In this document: piece by piece, positions 45,394 through 56,815 of the stretch
Layout: each line of letters begins with the position of its first letter
Position numbering within the stretch: the stretch's first letter is position 1
Notes under the pieces: model-generated
Databases searched by the model: none
What the model was told of the DNA's origin: nothing
Seen by the model: the letters and a program-made list of their open reading frames with translations, nothing else
Assembly: GCA_020184695.1 (NCBI GenBank)
Contig: JAANOX010000237.1
Coordinates: 62,001-126,000, forward strand
Source: Histomonas meleagridis 2922-C6/04-290x
Taxonomy: Eukaryota > Protista > Parabasalia
Direction: 5' to 3'
DNA length: 64,000 nt
Made by a program: the position numbers and the translations under genes

Positions 45394-46395
45394 ATGTTCC
45401 AAGAATTTTTGCTTTCGAGCCGCAAAGATCTTCTTAATTTGCTTGATTCTCTTGGGGTTGGTTATTCATATGATGCTAGTAAAGAAGATTTGGCTCGTTT
45501 AGCATCAACTCATATTCAATCTTATCAAATTTCTCCAAAAAATAGACAAGGTCATTTTAAATTTATATCCTTTTGTAAGCTAATTTTTCTTGTTAGCATT
45601 TCATTGGTTTTTATATTTTCATTAATTGATTTATATCTTAAATTTCATAAAAAGCCAATATATTGTGATTCATCCACTAATAACTCAAACTGCATACGCT
45701 GTCCATCACTAGCAAAGTGTATTAACCATACTGCTTTTTGTCGCACAAATTATATTTTAATTAATAATTTATGTGTATTCAATGATACTGATATAAAAAT
45801 TGTTTCTAAACTATATAGTGAATCTTTACAACTACTTAGAAAGCGTGCTGGTGATTATCATTGTGAATTAATCAATTATGATTACATGTCACTTGATGAA
45901 CTTGATAATGCTTTATTCAAATCAACTAACCTACAGAACGATATATTTGAGGAAATCTTTCATAAAACGACTCTACATCTTCGAAATGATAATACGCTTT
46001 TATTCAAATTTATCAATGGCAAAGAAGTTATTGTTTCTTCTGAAGCGCAACGCGATTTCCGCTGTCGAGTTAAGCAGCAAATATATTCCCATTTAAATGA
46101 AATTGCTATTTTTACTTTTGTTTCATTAATTCTTTTTGCATTAACAATATTTATAAGGCAAAAACAACGAAATAAAATGAATGCAAAATCGTATTCGAAT
46201 TTACTTTTGAGACAATTAAAGAACTCAAAGACAGCGCAACCAACAGAGAACTTGAAGAGAGAGTTGAATAATCTTTCGCATAACAGAGGAAGAAGTCTTT
46301 GGCCACATGTAGAATCATTTTTGTCGGATTCGCCGAATGTACAAAGATATAATAACGAGGGAGAAGTCGTATTTCGATATCACACATTCAAATAA
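45394..46395 (+). CDS. Man1/Src1-like inner nuclear membrane protein
   Basis: N-terminal helix pair (KDLLNLLDSLGVGY), two TM segments flanking a Cys-rich lumenal domain (CIRCPSLAKC); true ATG 45394 because the upstream part of the ORF overlaps the tRNA. Confidence 0.65.
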   Translation: MFQEFLLSSRKDLLNLLDSLGVGYSYDASKEDLARLASTHIQSYQISPKNRQGHFKFISFCKLIFLVSISLVFIFSLIDLYLKFHKKPIYCDSSTNNSNCIRCPSLAKCINHTAFCRTNYILINNLCVFNDTDIKIVSKLYSESLQLLRKRAGDYHCELINYDYMSLDELDNALFKSTNLQNDIFEEIFHKTTLHLRNDNTLLFKFINGKEVIVSSEAQRDFRCRVKQQIYSHLNEIAIFTFVSLILFALTIFIRQKQRNKMNAKSYSNLLLRQLKNSKTAQPTENLKRELNNLSHNRGRSLWPHVESFLSDSPNVQRYNNEGEVVFRYHTFK

Positions 46396-46763
46396 TGTAA
46401 GTAAAATATTATTTTAGAGTAAATGTTATAAAAATTAAATATAAACGAAATTTTATAATCCATTCATAAGTTATATAATCACAATGATCAAGAATTGTTG
46501 GAATTCTAAAATTGTTATTAATTTTATTGTAAATTATCAAAATAAGTTTATTCTTTTCGCAAGATTTATAATGTTTATTCTTTAAAATTTTATTACACAA
46601 AATATATTTATAGTTCTAGAATATTTATAGATATGTTGTAAAAATTCCAAACGATTTTTTCTTGTGTAGATAATTATATCTGTTTAATAAATACAAACAG
46701 ATTAAATAAATGAATTTTGTTTTAAATTGAAATGATTATTATATTATATCAACTTTTTATTTA

Positions 46764-47768
46764 TTACTTTCTTTTTCTTAAATGGAAGAACAATGCTACT
46801 CCAAATGCTGTCACAGCTGTGGCTGCAAAAATAGAACCAATTATCTTTTTTCTATTGAAACTTTCTAAATCAGGCAATGATGGATCGAGTTTTTTAGCTT
46901 CTTCAAATAACTCTTTTGCTCTTTGTTCATCCTTTGGTATATCATCATATCCTTTATAATATATTCGAGCCATTTCATACTTAGATAGTGCTTCGAAGTT
47001 TTCATCCTGTGATGCCTTTGTAAAGTATTCAATTGACTTTTTTGGATCTTTTGGAGGATATTTACTGTCATCAAATGGCGAATAGAGTTTCCCAAGAAGA
47101 TAATCAGCATCGCGCATGTCAAATGATGATGCCTTCTCAAGACAATGCACACCATATTCACGTTGTGATTGATCATCAGTTGTCATTAAATATGAGCCAA
47201 GAAAGAAATATGCTGGTGGAAAATCATATCCATCAGAAAGCATCTTCAAAATTCCAAGAGCTTGCTCGGGATATGTATTTATTATTGCAATAGCCTGTTT
47301 TACAAGAGCTGGCGGGAAACCAACACTAATACTGTATTGAAACATTTCTTGTGCAATACGGATAACATTCTGATCATTTGTTCCTTGTTGGTCAATAATC
47401 GTTGCAAGAATAAAAGCAGATTTAGGATCTATGCCATTGTCACTGGAAATAGTGCTTACAATAATAGGCCATTCTTCTGTTATGTCCTTTTTTTGTATTT
47501 CAACGATTACTTGATGTTCTTCTTCGAGATAACGTAAATTAATATCAGAAGCTTCTCCAGGAAGGTTTCCGTGTAAAATTGGAGGCATGTCTTTTGTTGA
47601 AACATATACACTGATAGATTTATTATCATCAAATAAAGTCCCTTTGATCATATTGATGTTAAAAGTGGATGAACAATTGATTCTAACTTCTACCATTTTT
47701 TGATCTATTTGACTGATGGCCCAATCATACATTTTCCAATTTGAAGGTGGAATTCTTGTTATATTCAT
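46764..47768 (-). CDS. Sel1-like-repeat protein with C-terminal tail anchor
   Basis: ADYLLGKLY...KSIEYFTKA, SKYEMARIYYKG...RAKELFEEA; terminal TM plus RKRK. Confidence 0.75.
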   Translation of the reverse strand: MNITRIPPSNWKMYDWAISQIDQKMVEVRINCSSTFNINMIKGTLFDDNKSISVYVSTKDMPPILHGNLPGEASDINLRYLEEEHQVIVEIQKKDITEEWPIIVSTISSDNGIDPKSAFILATIIDQQGTNDQNVIRIAQEMFQYSISVGFPPALVKQAIAIINTYPEQALGILKMLSDGYDFPPAYFFLGSYLMTTDDQSQREYGVHCLEKASSFDMRDADYLLGKLYSPFDDSKYPPKDPKKSIEYFTKASQDENFEALSKYEMARIYYKGYDDIPKDEQRAKELFEEAKKLDPSLPDLESFNRKKIIGSIFAATAVTAFGVALFFHLRKRK

Positions 47769-49361
47769 TTTTAATTTTGGACTTGACCAAAATAACGATT
47801 AAAACATAAAGAAAATTATTTGGGTAGCCCCATTTGTAAACCAAAATTCAATTGAATTGACGGTTATTTTATACAATTTATCAAAGCTTTACATTTTTCT
47901 CTCAATTTGGAGTTTAAAAGCTGCTGTTGTGTTAAATATATTCCATTGCTTTATAAATTTGTGAAATGACATATTAGTAAATTTAATCTGATTCAAAAGA
48001 ATTTATTTTCTTTGTGTAATATATTTACTGAAGAATTTATGACTTTGATCACCTTCCATTTTTTGTAATTAACAAATTTTCTTCTTTGTGAAATTTTTAT
48101 TTATTAAATTCGTTGTACATTAAGTTAATGTCCTTATATAACTCTTAAATTTTCCTTTCTATAGAAATGGTTTTTTATTCTCCTGAATTAAACCAAAATT
48201 TGGTGTCAAGTTTCATTGTTATTTATTTGAAGCAAAAAAGGTTTGATAATTCCAAATCCATCCAGTTATTAGATTAAAAAATGTTAAAAAATAGATGATA
48301 TATATCCAATTTACATTAATAACCTTTTCTTATCATGAATTGTTTTAAGATTCATACTTTAAGAAGCTCAATAGTAATGATTGATAACATTTAATGATTG
48401 CTAAGTATTTAATATCTTTATTAAGTTCATTAAAAAGTAATTACTTAGTATAGATATCTATTAGCATTTTAATCAAAATAAATATGTGTAAAGTGTTTCT
48501 ATATGGTTATCAAATGATTTCCGTGTAATTTTTTCGGCTAAAGCATACGAACGTATTTAAATATTTTTTGATGTTATTAAAATAGATCCTATATCATTTT
48601 TAAAATTAAAATTATTACTAGAAATTAATTTATTTAAAATGGTTTCATATGTTCAAAGGGTGAATATTTAATATTAATAGGGTGAATATTATTCATAGAA
48701 AGCATGCTATGAAATTGAAAATGGAGTTCTGGATATCAAAGACCATGGTCAATATGCGAAATCGAGAACAAAAATTATGTTATTGGAATGTGTTTGGTAT
48801 CCCAATATAACTACATAATATATTAATATAATTTCGTTCTAATGGCTCAATATATGGTGAAAGTGACTTTCCTTGATATCTTGTTCATTAAATGGTAAAA
48901 AAAAAATGTTTACAAGCAGGTTGATAAGATGGATTATGATGGTGTGGGATTGCACAGAAAAGAAGAAATTATGTTCATCATAAAAGTAGAATAATTTGTT
49001 TTTCTTTAAAAACATCATGTTATTGAAATTTCGAAGATGTAAATCATCAAAATGTTAAATTTTTTAAATAATGAAAATTTATAGTAAACTATATACCACA
49101 TATCATGAAATTTATGTGTTAATAATTTTTCAAAGTTATTATACATCTTCAGTAAATATATAATAAGTAAGTAATATTCGTTAATAACGAAAATTATAAA
49201 AAACTATTTGCTATTTTATTTTTTATTTGCAAGGCAATCATTTTTTCATCACTCCGTGTTATATTGTGTTTCGAATTAATTATTCATATAAATTGTGCAT
49301 TATCCATTAATTCAGGATTGTGAAACTTCCTTACACAAAAAGTGGCTGTTTAACGTTCTTA

Positions 49362-51014
49362 ATGGAACTGGATCGAATCGCTAAAATCCTTCGGTCCGAC
49401 GATGCTATAATGCGAACTGATATAAAGGAATTGCTAACTGAATATCAAGCAAAAGGTGGAGATCTTCAAGAAATTTTACCAGTTTTACTAGATAAATTTC
49501 AAGGAATCCCTATATACATAGATAAGGTTGCACAACTTCTTCAATTTTCTGATATTAATCCTTCTTTAGAAATTGAAAGACATGTCAAACAATCAGTATT
49601 ACAATTGTTAGTTGAATCAAAACAATCTTTAATTGATATGGATAAATATTTTTTTCGAAATGAAGCTCTCCCTAAATCCTTGGAAATAATTTTTACTAAT
49701 GAAATGTGGATTTCTACTATAATTGAAATAACACAAAATTTACAGAAAAATGGGAAAGAAATTCCATTATTTATATCTTACTGTATTAACCGCATATGCA
49801 AAATTCACCCTGAAAAAATCACTGCTCTTCCATCATGTTTTATTGAATATCAGGCATATTCTGCTGTTTTACGCTCTTTACTTTCTCGTCTTCCAACGAA
49901 CCCTTCTCTTAAGGAAATTTTCATTGACATTGTTTGTACAGATGACCTTACATTTGGACATGTTGCAATATTATGCCATTTTCTCAAAGATCCATCTATT
50001 GTTTTCGAAATTACCAACCGGTGTGAATCGCGAAAGCGAGATCCCAAACTGCTCAAAACTTTTATGCTTCGGATGGATCATTGTGATGATAATGCAATAG
50101 TTGTTCTTGCTGGAGGTCAAGATTTCACCTCTAAGAATGTATTGTCTCTTCAACAAGACAACAGTGAAACCTCAGAGTATTTCAAGCGTCTTGTTTTTGC
50201 TAAAATCAAGGACAAAATCCTATCGCCTCAAAGTCGAACGTTAATTCCCTCTATCGTTGACCTTATGACCTCACTTTCCCCTGGTATTGAATTTGATGAG
50301 AATACAAAAGAATATATATGTAATGCTTTTTTAGATATGAAGAAGCGTCCATGGGATTCCCAAATGCTTTCCAATGCGTGTTATGCACTTCAATCAGAAT
50401 TTTGTGCCGATATATATCTTGATGAAGTTCTTAGGCAAATCTCAAGAGCAGAGTCACATACGCAATTTATTAACCAAACTAACTCAGATTTATTTCCATT
50501 TGATCAACATAAACTTACGATGCAGACATTGATTATCTGCGAAATTGCATATAATTATCCGAACAAATGTAACCAAATTGTCACATCAATAATGGGAACA
50601 TTTAATAAAACGAACGAAAATATTGTCGGTGAACAATGTTGTATAATTATTAAGTATGTAATAATGCTTGGTTACGTTGTTGAAGTTCTTTTGCATTTTT
50701 CCGAAATCGGTGCAATGAAAACTGCAAATCAGCCCGCGTTTCGGCGTATTATCTTTGATTTTATATTCAATATGGAGCCGCCATATTCGAATGAGTTTTT
50801 AAGCGCTTTAGCTCAATGCTTACAGGACGAAAGAATTATAACACTCGTCGTACCTAAGGAAGCAAGAACAGTTCTAAAGGTACATAGAGATTCTATGAAA
50901 TTGTTTATGGATTTAATTAAAAATGCTGATTTGGATAATAGAGATGATTTGGATATGGTAGTGTTTTATCAACAGATAAAAAGCAAGATGGAAGATTACT
51001 TGGGTTACAGATAA
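49362..51014 (+). CDS. TH1/NELF-C/D-like protein
   Basis: N-terminus LRSDDAIM...YQAKGG...LLDKFQGIP resembles TH1 as recalled; ATG 49362. Confidence 0.6.
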   Translation: MELDRIAKILRSDDAIMRTDIKELLTEYQAKGGDLQEILPVLLDKFQGIPIYIDKVAQLLQFSDINPSLEIERHVKQSVLQLLVESKQSLIDMDKYFFRNEALPKSLEIIFTNEMWISTIIEITQNLQKNGKEIPLFISYCINRICKIHPEKITALPSCFIEYQAYSAVLRSLLSRLPTNPSLKEIFIDIVCTDDLTFGHVAILCHFLKDPSIVFEITNRCESRKRDPKLLKTFMLRMDHCDDNAIVVLAGGQDFTSKNVLSLQQDNSETSEYFKRLVFAKIKDKILSPQSRTLIPSIVDLMTSLSPGIEFDENTKEYICNAFLDMKKRPWDSQMLSNACYALQSEFCADIYLDEVLRQISRAESHTQFINQTNSDLFPFDQHKLTMQTLIICEIAYNYPNKCNQIVTSIMGTFNKTNENIVGEQCCIIIKYVIMLGYVVEVLLHFSEIGAMKTANQPAFRRIIFDFIFNMEPPYSNEFLSALAQCLQDERIITLVVPKEARTVLKVHRDSMKLFMDLIKNADLDNRDDLDMVVFYQQIKSKMEDYLGYR

Positions 51015-51563
51015 AATGTTTTGAATAAATAATTTTGATTAAAAATTTAATTTTTTTTCCTAAAAGCGCGTAACATTTCTGTGACTATATATGATGTAAG
51101 TGCAACCTATTTAGATAATTATTAATAACTTCAAATTATTTGTTTGAAATTTTTGAATACAACAGTATCAAAAAAATATTTAAGTGCTAACAAAATGCTT
51201 TGATTGATCTTTTATAGCTTGACTTTAAGATGATTTCAATTTTAAAAACAACAGCTATTTTGTGTTTGTTATAAATTAATTTCGAAAATCGGCCATCAAC
51301 CATTCAATTTTTCCTCGTGAACACGGTGTTTTTGGGGTGGGTTTGTTCGATCAAAACTTTTTGATATAAAGCACAGTTTCGTCTGTTACAGTCTGAAATC
51401 CATTCAATTTTTTCAATTCGACGATGATTTTTTCTGTAACTGTACAACCAAAAAATTTTTCTGGCGTGTCAGATGAGGTTAATGGCATACAAAAATTGTA
51501 TTGAATTCTAATTTGAAACATGCGTGTGAAAATCACTTCACACTGAGGTCGATAAAACAACAA

Positions 51564-53573
51564 ATGCTCTGGTATTTTTTGTACTTTGCTTTCACTATAA
51601 ATATTGATCTTAATGTTTGTTATAAGAGTGGCCATGTTTTACTCAACTGGACGGGATTTACAGCAAATGAAGATTTATATTATACAACATACACAAAGAA
51701 GAATGACAAATTTTGGATCCCACTTAGTTCTTTCGATTATAGCACTACGAAAAATATCAAGGTTTTGAATGTATATCCAACATTTTTAATAGCTGATTTA
51801 ATTGGAATACCCAAAATTGATTTTTATTATACAGACCCCTCAACACCTTCGATGAACATGCACCAGTCTGCTTCTCTTAAAGTTTGGATGGAAGGTGGTA
51901 ATTTTACATCAGGTGGTATCACATATAAATTCGATGCATTAGGCCAAAATCCTCAAACCAAAGAGCAAATTATCCATGTTACTCCCATCACAACTAGGGA
52001 TTTTAATAATTTTACATTAGATCAAATGAAAAATTATGATGTAATTGTTGTCGGAATATGGGATTTTAATGGCGGTCCATTAGATTTCCCAAGTAGTGAA
52101 ACAGTTCAGCGAGTTAGTGATTATATCGATCAAGGTTATGGCTTTCTTTTAGGACATGATTCCATTGGTTTCTATTATGGAAACGATAAAAGTTATGGAC
52201 CTATTGCTGATAAATTTGGCATTAAACTTGGTACAGAAATTTGTTTATTTCCAACTCAATGCTCATCTGGTACACTAGAATCTAAATGGAAGCATTGGTC
52301 TCGAGAATTTAATGTCACAAAACGTGGACTCCTTACAAATTATCCATATCAAATTCCATCAGGTATCTTACCCATAAATCTTACTCATACATGTTCTAAT
52401 GCAGCATTTGGTGATGTATGGATGGAAATGGGTGCAATAGATGTTCCTATATTTGAAAGTTTAGGTGACTTTTCTGAAGCAGAAGCAACAAAATGGGAAA
52501 ATCTTTATGGGTACGATGAAACAAGATATGGAAATCCTCATTATTATTTAACAACATATATGAATACTGCTATGGTACAAGCAGGACATACAAATTGTAT
52601 CACTACAGAATATGAAAGAAAAGTAATTGCCAATACTATATATTATTTATATCAAAAGACACCATTACAATATTCATATGATAATTCAGTTACAGAAACA
52701 CCAAAATTAAATAATCCGATAATTAATAGAATAGGTAAAGAAAGATCTCTTGAAATATTCTCTGAAAACCAAAGTGAAGAAATACATTATAAAGTTGTTG
52801 GTCAAACATTTGATGGAAATACAAAATATTCTTCTGAAGATACATTATTCAATTTAGTCACTTATCCAGTAGAATATTATTATGTCATTGATAAAAGTCA
52901 ATCAACAATAATTACAGAAAACATGTCAAATGTTCATAAGACAAAAGGAAATATAACTAATATCGAAAATGACCATGTTTATATACATGTTGCATCAATT
53001 GATAATTTTGGTTATATAAGTAATACAACTCATTTCTTCATGAAAGCAGATCCTACAAATACATTTACAAGATCAAATACATTTACAAACTCAAACACAT
53101 TCACAAAGTCAAATACATTTAATCTTATTAATAAATCATTATATATATCTGAAACCATTACGAAGTCAATGGTTGTTGAACAAACAATTTTATCACATTC
53201 ATTAATGCTTTCTGCAAATACATATGTTGCAGTAGAATCTGTTTATTACAAATATACAATTGTCGATTTATCTACTGTGATTAGTTTTTATTCACATTTC
53301 TATACATATGATAAAAATCAAAACTCAAATCAAGAAGATAATAACACAACAACTATTATTATGGTATATGTTTGTGTTGCTGTTGTAGCAATTGCTGTTA
53401 TTTCAATTCTTGTTTATGTAATTAAACGCTCAAGAAATATCGCGGAAAGTAGTGATTCTAATGAAATGACAAATCAAGATTTATCATTTGCAGCAACTTT
53501 GCAAATGAGACAAGCAGAAGAAGATCCATTTGCTAAAGACTTTAGAGAAGATGAATACTTTAACAAATTGTGA
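51564..53573 (+). CDS. Type I membrane surface protein with FTxS repeats and an acidic DPF tail
   Basis: Signal-like MLWYFLYFAF, NTFTRSNTFTNSNTFTKS, TM near C-terminus, tail EEDPFAKDF. Confidence 0.75.
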   Translation: MLWYFLYFAFTINIDLNVCYKSGHVLLNWTGFTANEDLYYTTYTKKNDKFWIPLSSFDYSTTKNIKVLNVYPTFLIADLIGIPKIDFYYTDPSTPSMNMHQSASLKVWMEGGNFTSGGITYKFDALGQNPQTKEQIIHVTPITTRDFNNFTLDQMKNYDVIVVGIWDFNGGPLDFPSSETVQRVSDYIDQGYGFLLGHDSIGFYYGNDKSYGPIADKFGIKLGTEICLFPTQCSSGTLESKWKHWSREFNVTKRGLLTNYPYQIPSGILPINLTHTCSNAAFGDVWMEMGAIDVPIFESLGDFSEAEATKWENLYGYDETRYGNPHYYLTTYMNTAMVQAGHTNCITTEYERKVIANTIYYLYQKTPLQYSYDNSVTETPKLNNPIINRIGKERSLEIFSENQSEEIHYKVVGQTFDGNTKYSSEDTLFNLVTYPVEYYYVIDKSQSTIITENMSNVHKTKGNITNIENDHVYIHVASIDNFGYISNTTHFFMKADPTNTFTRSNTFTNSNTFTKSNTFNLINKSLYISETITKSMVVEQTILSHSLMLSANTYVAVESVYYKYTIVDLSTVISFYSHFYTYDKNQNSNQEDNNTTTIIMVYVCVAVVAIAVISILVYVIKRSRNIAESSDSNEMTNQDLSFAATLQMRQAEEDPFAKDFREDEYFNKL

Positions 53574-53794
53574 ATGTTTTTTTGTTTTTCAAACGGAAAT
53601 AATCGAAAAATTTCAACAACTTACAGACCAAAAATGTTTTTATTAAAAGTTGTTTTCTTTATTTTTTTTTCTTAAAAATGTCAATCAGTTTAACCAGTGA
53701 ATCATTTATCGTTTATTTGTGCGCAGAATAATAAACGGTCGCGTTGATGTATCATTGAAGTGAATTCACTAACGAAAAGTGGCATCTTAATCAT

Positions 53795-55240
53795 TTGCAC
53801 TCAAGTTATAAAAGGATAAAAACTCGTTCCAGTAGGAGCAAGGAAATAACAGCACCTGTAACTAGCATTTCATCATATTCTGAAAAATTTAATCAAATTC
53901 AAAATTTTCATGATTTTTATGACTTTCCAAAAATTTGGGAAGCACGAGACAACGAAATTATACCTTTGATTCTTGATAATTTTATAAATTATTTCAGTCA
54001 AAATGGGAAAGTAGATTGTTATTTTATGAAAGAACATAATTTTTTTTCAACATTATCAGATATATATGGGATTTCTGTTGAACATCGTTTAAAATCCCTA
54101 TATTTAATCAATCTAATAGTTACAAAGAATCCATATTGTATCGATTATTTTCTTAATTCAGAATATCTTGATTCATTTATTAATTCATTTCTTGCTATTT
54201 TAAATGAATGGTTTCAACTTGATCCTAGCAGCAAAACATTTACCGAATTCCATTTATATATTTTCAATTTAATTTATCATTTTATATCACGTTCGTTTGA
54301 AAACATATATTTACTATACAGTGAATATCCATTATTTAACAAGATCATAGACGCTCTCCATATTTGTTATGATCAAGACATCCAAATTGAAATCAACATC
54401 GAAAAACGATTATTTTCCATTTTAGACAAATTTCTAAGCAAAAACATGAACAATGAGAAAGAAATCACCAACAACATCTTTATCATATACCAAGAAGTAT
54501 TACTTAAACAACGGCCAGAGATATTTACAATAGTTTCGAGTTCGTTAGAAGACTTTATAATCAAGAAACAATACGCAAAAAGTTCATACATACTATTAAA
54601 TCAATATCAATTCTTTGAACTTATCTATAAATGTATCGAAGCATTTGCTACAAGTGACATTGACATTAATTTGGAATATGGGTTTTCATTTTTAACATAT
54701 GGAATGTCATTCGAAGGCTATGATGCATTAACAGAAGAACTAACGCAGAATATACATCCGCAGTTTCTATTTAATTACTTACATAACAACATACAAAATA
54801 TCAATGATACATTTGTCCCTGTAATTATATTATTAAATGATTATTGCTTAGCTAAGAACGAAGTTATTAACGAACTGAATGTAGAAATGGTTAATGAAAT
54901 CGTGGTGAATATATTGGATGATGGAGTTATGAACTTAAAAGAAGAAGTTATCGAATTGGTCATTAACATTTTAACATTTTCAAACTATGAATTCATAACA
55001 TTGTATGTACACTATGAATTTATTGATAGAATTCTCGACTTTTTGCAAGACTCTGACAAATTTTGTGAAAATTTGTACGGTTTAATAGAAAGTTATCTTC
55101 AGAAAACTGACTTCCAAAACATTGACGATGAAAAAGTGTCGGAGTTCGTTATGGATACGATACCAAATTTTTTGAATGCCACAATTAGTGGCTCTGAAAT
55201 TGTTTCGCCAAGAATTTTACAGAAATTTTACCCTAAATAG
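53795..55240 (+). CDS. Helical-repeat (ARM/HEAT-like) hypothetical protein; start unresolved
   Basis: 481-aa ORF starting at TTG; first ATG is about 78 codons in. Confidence 0.6.
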   Translation: MHSSYKRIKTRSSRSKEITAPVTSISSYSEKFNQIQNFHDFYDFPKIWEARDNEIIPLILDNFINYFSQNGKVDCYFMKEHNFFSTLSDIYGISVEHRLKSLYLINLIVTKNPYCIDYFLNSEYLDSFINSFLAILNEWFQLDPSSKTFTEFHLYIFNLIYHFISRSFENIYLLYSEYPLFNKIIDALHICYDQDIQIEINIEKRLFSILDKFLSKNMNNEKEITNNIFIIYQEVLLKQRPEIFTIVSSSLEDFIIKKQYAKSSYILLNQYQFFELIYKCIEAFATSDIDINLEYGFSFLTYGMSFEGYDALTEELTQNIHPQFLFNYLHNNIQNINDTFVPVIILLNDYCLAKNEVINELNVEMVNEIVVNILDDGVMNLKEEVIELVINILTFSNYEFITLYVHYEFIDRILDFLQDSDKFCENLYGLIESYLQKTDFQNIDDEKVSEFVMDTIPNFLNATISGSEIVSPRILQKFYPK

Positions 55241-55302
55241 AAATATTTGCCCTTAGGTAACCGTCATGGCCTGTCAGAAAGGTACAGCCAAAAGCTAAAT
55301 AA

Positions 55303-55400
55303 GTATGTTATATAAGTTGTGATGAGAATATACTCGTGGATATCAGAATCCTGAAGAATACTTTTCTCTGAACAACATTTTTCTATAAACTAACACATAG
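55303..55400 (+). other. Canonical trichomonad-type spliceosomal intron (98 nt) outside any annotated CDS
   Basis: 5' GTATGT at 55303; fused branch/3' site ACTAACACATAG at 55389-55400 (one mismatch to the trichomonad consensus ACTAACACACAG). Confidence 0.75.
55316..55376 (+). ncRNA. Box C/D snoRNA candidate inside the intron
   Basis: Terminal stem GTTGT/ACAAC, box C TGATGA 55320-55325, box D CTGA 55368-55371, internal C'-like TGAAGA. Confidence 0.7.
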
Positions 55401-55705
55401 TAATTAATTATTTATCATAAATTGATTTACTAAATTCCAAAATCACATTCTGTCTGTTACAAGTAATCAGTCACTAAACCATTTTTTTTTAATAAACATT
55501 TTTTTGTTATTAAATTTAATGAAATCAAATTCAGTAAAAAGAAACTTCCAAATAGATAACGCACTCAGTGTTACACCATTTGAAGTTTTACGGATTCTGT
55601 TCAATGCATTCCGCAAAATTGTCTCCGAAGACGCAATTCGTTTACTGACCGTAAACCAATTCAATTTTTCAATAGAAAAGTAGCCACTTAACCACAAGCG
55701 AAGAA

Positions 55706-56815
55706 ATGTTTTATGTTTCTTTAGCTTTGCTGATTGTTATTTTATTATTTATTATCTACAGGATTACTAGAAAAGTTAAGGTCAATGTTGAATATAATCC
55801 TAATGGAAATATAAAGCATTTGGTCGAGAAAATGACAACATTTAAAAAACCTTATAAGCCAACTTCATGGCTCATTTCTTCTCATTTCCATACTGCTTAT
55901 GGTATGAGATATCGTCCACGATCTCTCATTATGGGTAGCGAAAGAAGAGAAATGTTTTTATTCTCTGATGGAGGAACATCAGCTCTCGATTATTTCGAGC
56001 CTAAAGACGCTACAAATAGTCCTTTCGTTGTTCTTGCTCATACATTAGGTGGTGGTACTCGTGAACCAGTAATCAATAATCTTGCTGAAGCCTGTAACAA
56101 AAAAGGTTGGAGAGTTGTTGTTGCTAATGGCCGTGGGTCTTCTGGTGCTCCCATTACATCAGCTCGTCTTCCGTCATGTTTAGATTGGGATGACTTGAAT
56201 GAAATAATCAATCATATCAGAGAGCTTTATCATCCACCGTATATATTTTTAGCTGGATTTTCACTTGGTGCTTTACAATCCATGGAATACTCCACTAAAG
56301 ATGCAGCTTTAGATATTGATGGAATTGCTGCTGTATCACATACATATGATCTTCTTAAAGGCGCATTAGTTCTTGAGAAGCCAATTCAAATGCGTCTTTA
56401 TACCCCAATAATATGTCATCAACTTCATCATGCCCTTGAAAAATCAAAGCAATTTTTCGATGAGCCAGCTGCTATGAATTCCCGAACGATGCGCGAGTTT
56501 GACGATGTGTTCACCTCTAAAAAGAAGGGATTCCCCAACGGAATCGAGTACTACAAAGCGGGAAACATTTACAGCAAAATTGACAACGCAAAAGTGCCAA
56601 CACTTGTACTGGGCGCTGACGATGACCCGTTCACTGTGAAGGACGCAATGCCAATAAAGGAAGCGCGCGCGAGCAAGAACGTGGCGTTCGCACATACTGC
56701 TGAGGGAGGACATGTGAGCTTCATAACAGGAAACGATGGATTGCATTCACTCATTGATGAGATGATTCCTGAATGGTTCCAAGTGATAATGGATGAAAAG
56801 AAAAAGAATGATTAA
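55706..56815 (+). CDS. ABHD1/2/3-YheT-like alpha/beta hydrolase with N-terminal TM
   Basis: HTLGGG, GFSLG nucleophile elbow, ADDDPF, EGGHVSF. Confidence 0.9.
   Translation: MFYVSLALLIVILLFIIYRITRKVKVNVEYNPNGNIKHLVEKMTTFKKPYKPTSWLISSHFHTAYGMRYRPRSLIMGSERREMFLFSDGGTSALDYFEPKDATNSPFVVLAHTLGGGTREPVINNLAEACNKKGWRVVVANGRGSSGAPITSARLPSCLDWDDLNEIINHIRELYHPPYIFLAGFSLGALQSMEYSTKDAALDIDGIAAVSHTYDLLKGALVLEKPIQMRLYTPIICHQLHHALEKSKQFFDEPAAMNSRTMREFDDVFTSKKKGFPNGIEYYKAGNIYSKIDNAKVPTLVLGADDDPFTVKDAMPIKEARASKNVAFAHTAEGGHVSFITGNDGLHSLIDEMIPEWFQVIMDEKKKND

Noticed and set aside
45924-45936. ACTAACCTACAG branch-like motif (similar ones near 50476, 53768, 54738)
   Set aside because: No matching GTATGT donor, and they lie in or beside uninterrupted frames where splicing supplies no useful ORF.
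47800-49300. Short coding-like stretches in a 1.5-kb AT-rich gap
   Set aside because: No ORF of 60 aa or more, no recognisable motif and no terminal repeats; cannot support a gene or mobile element.
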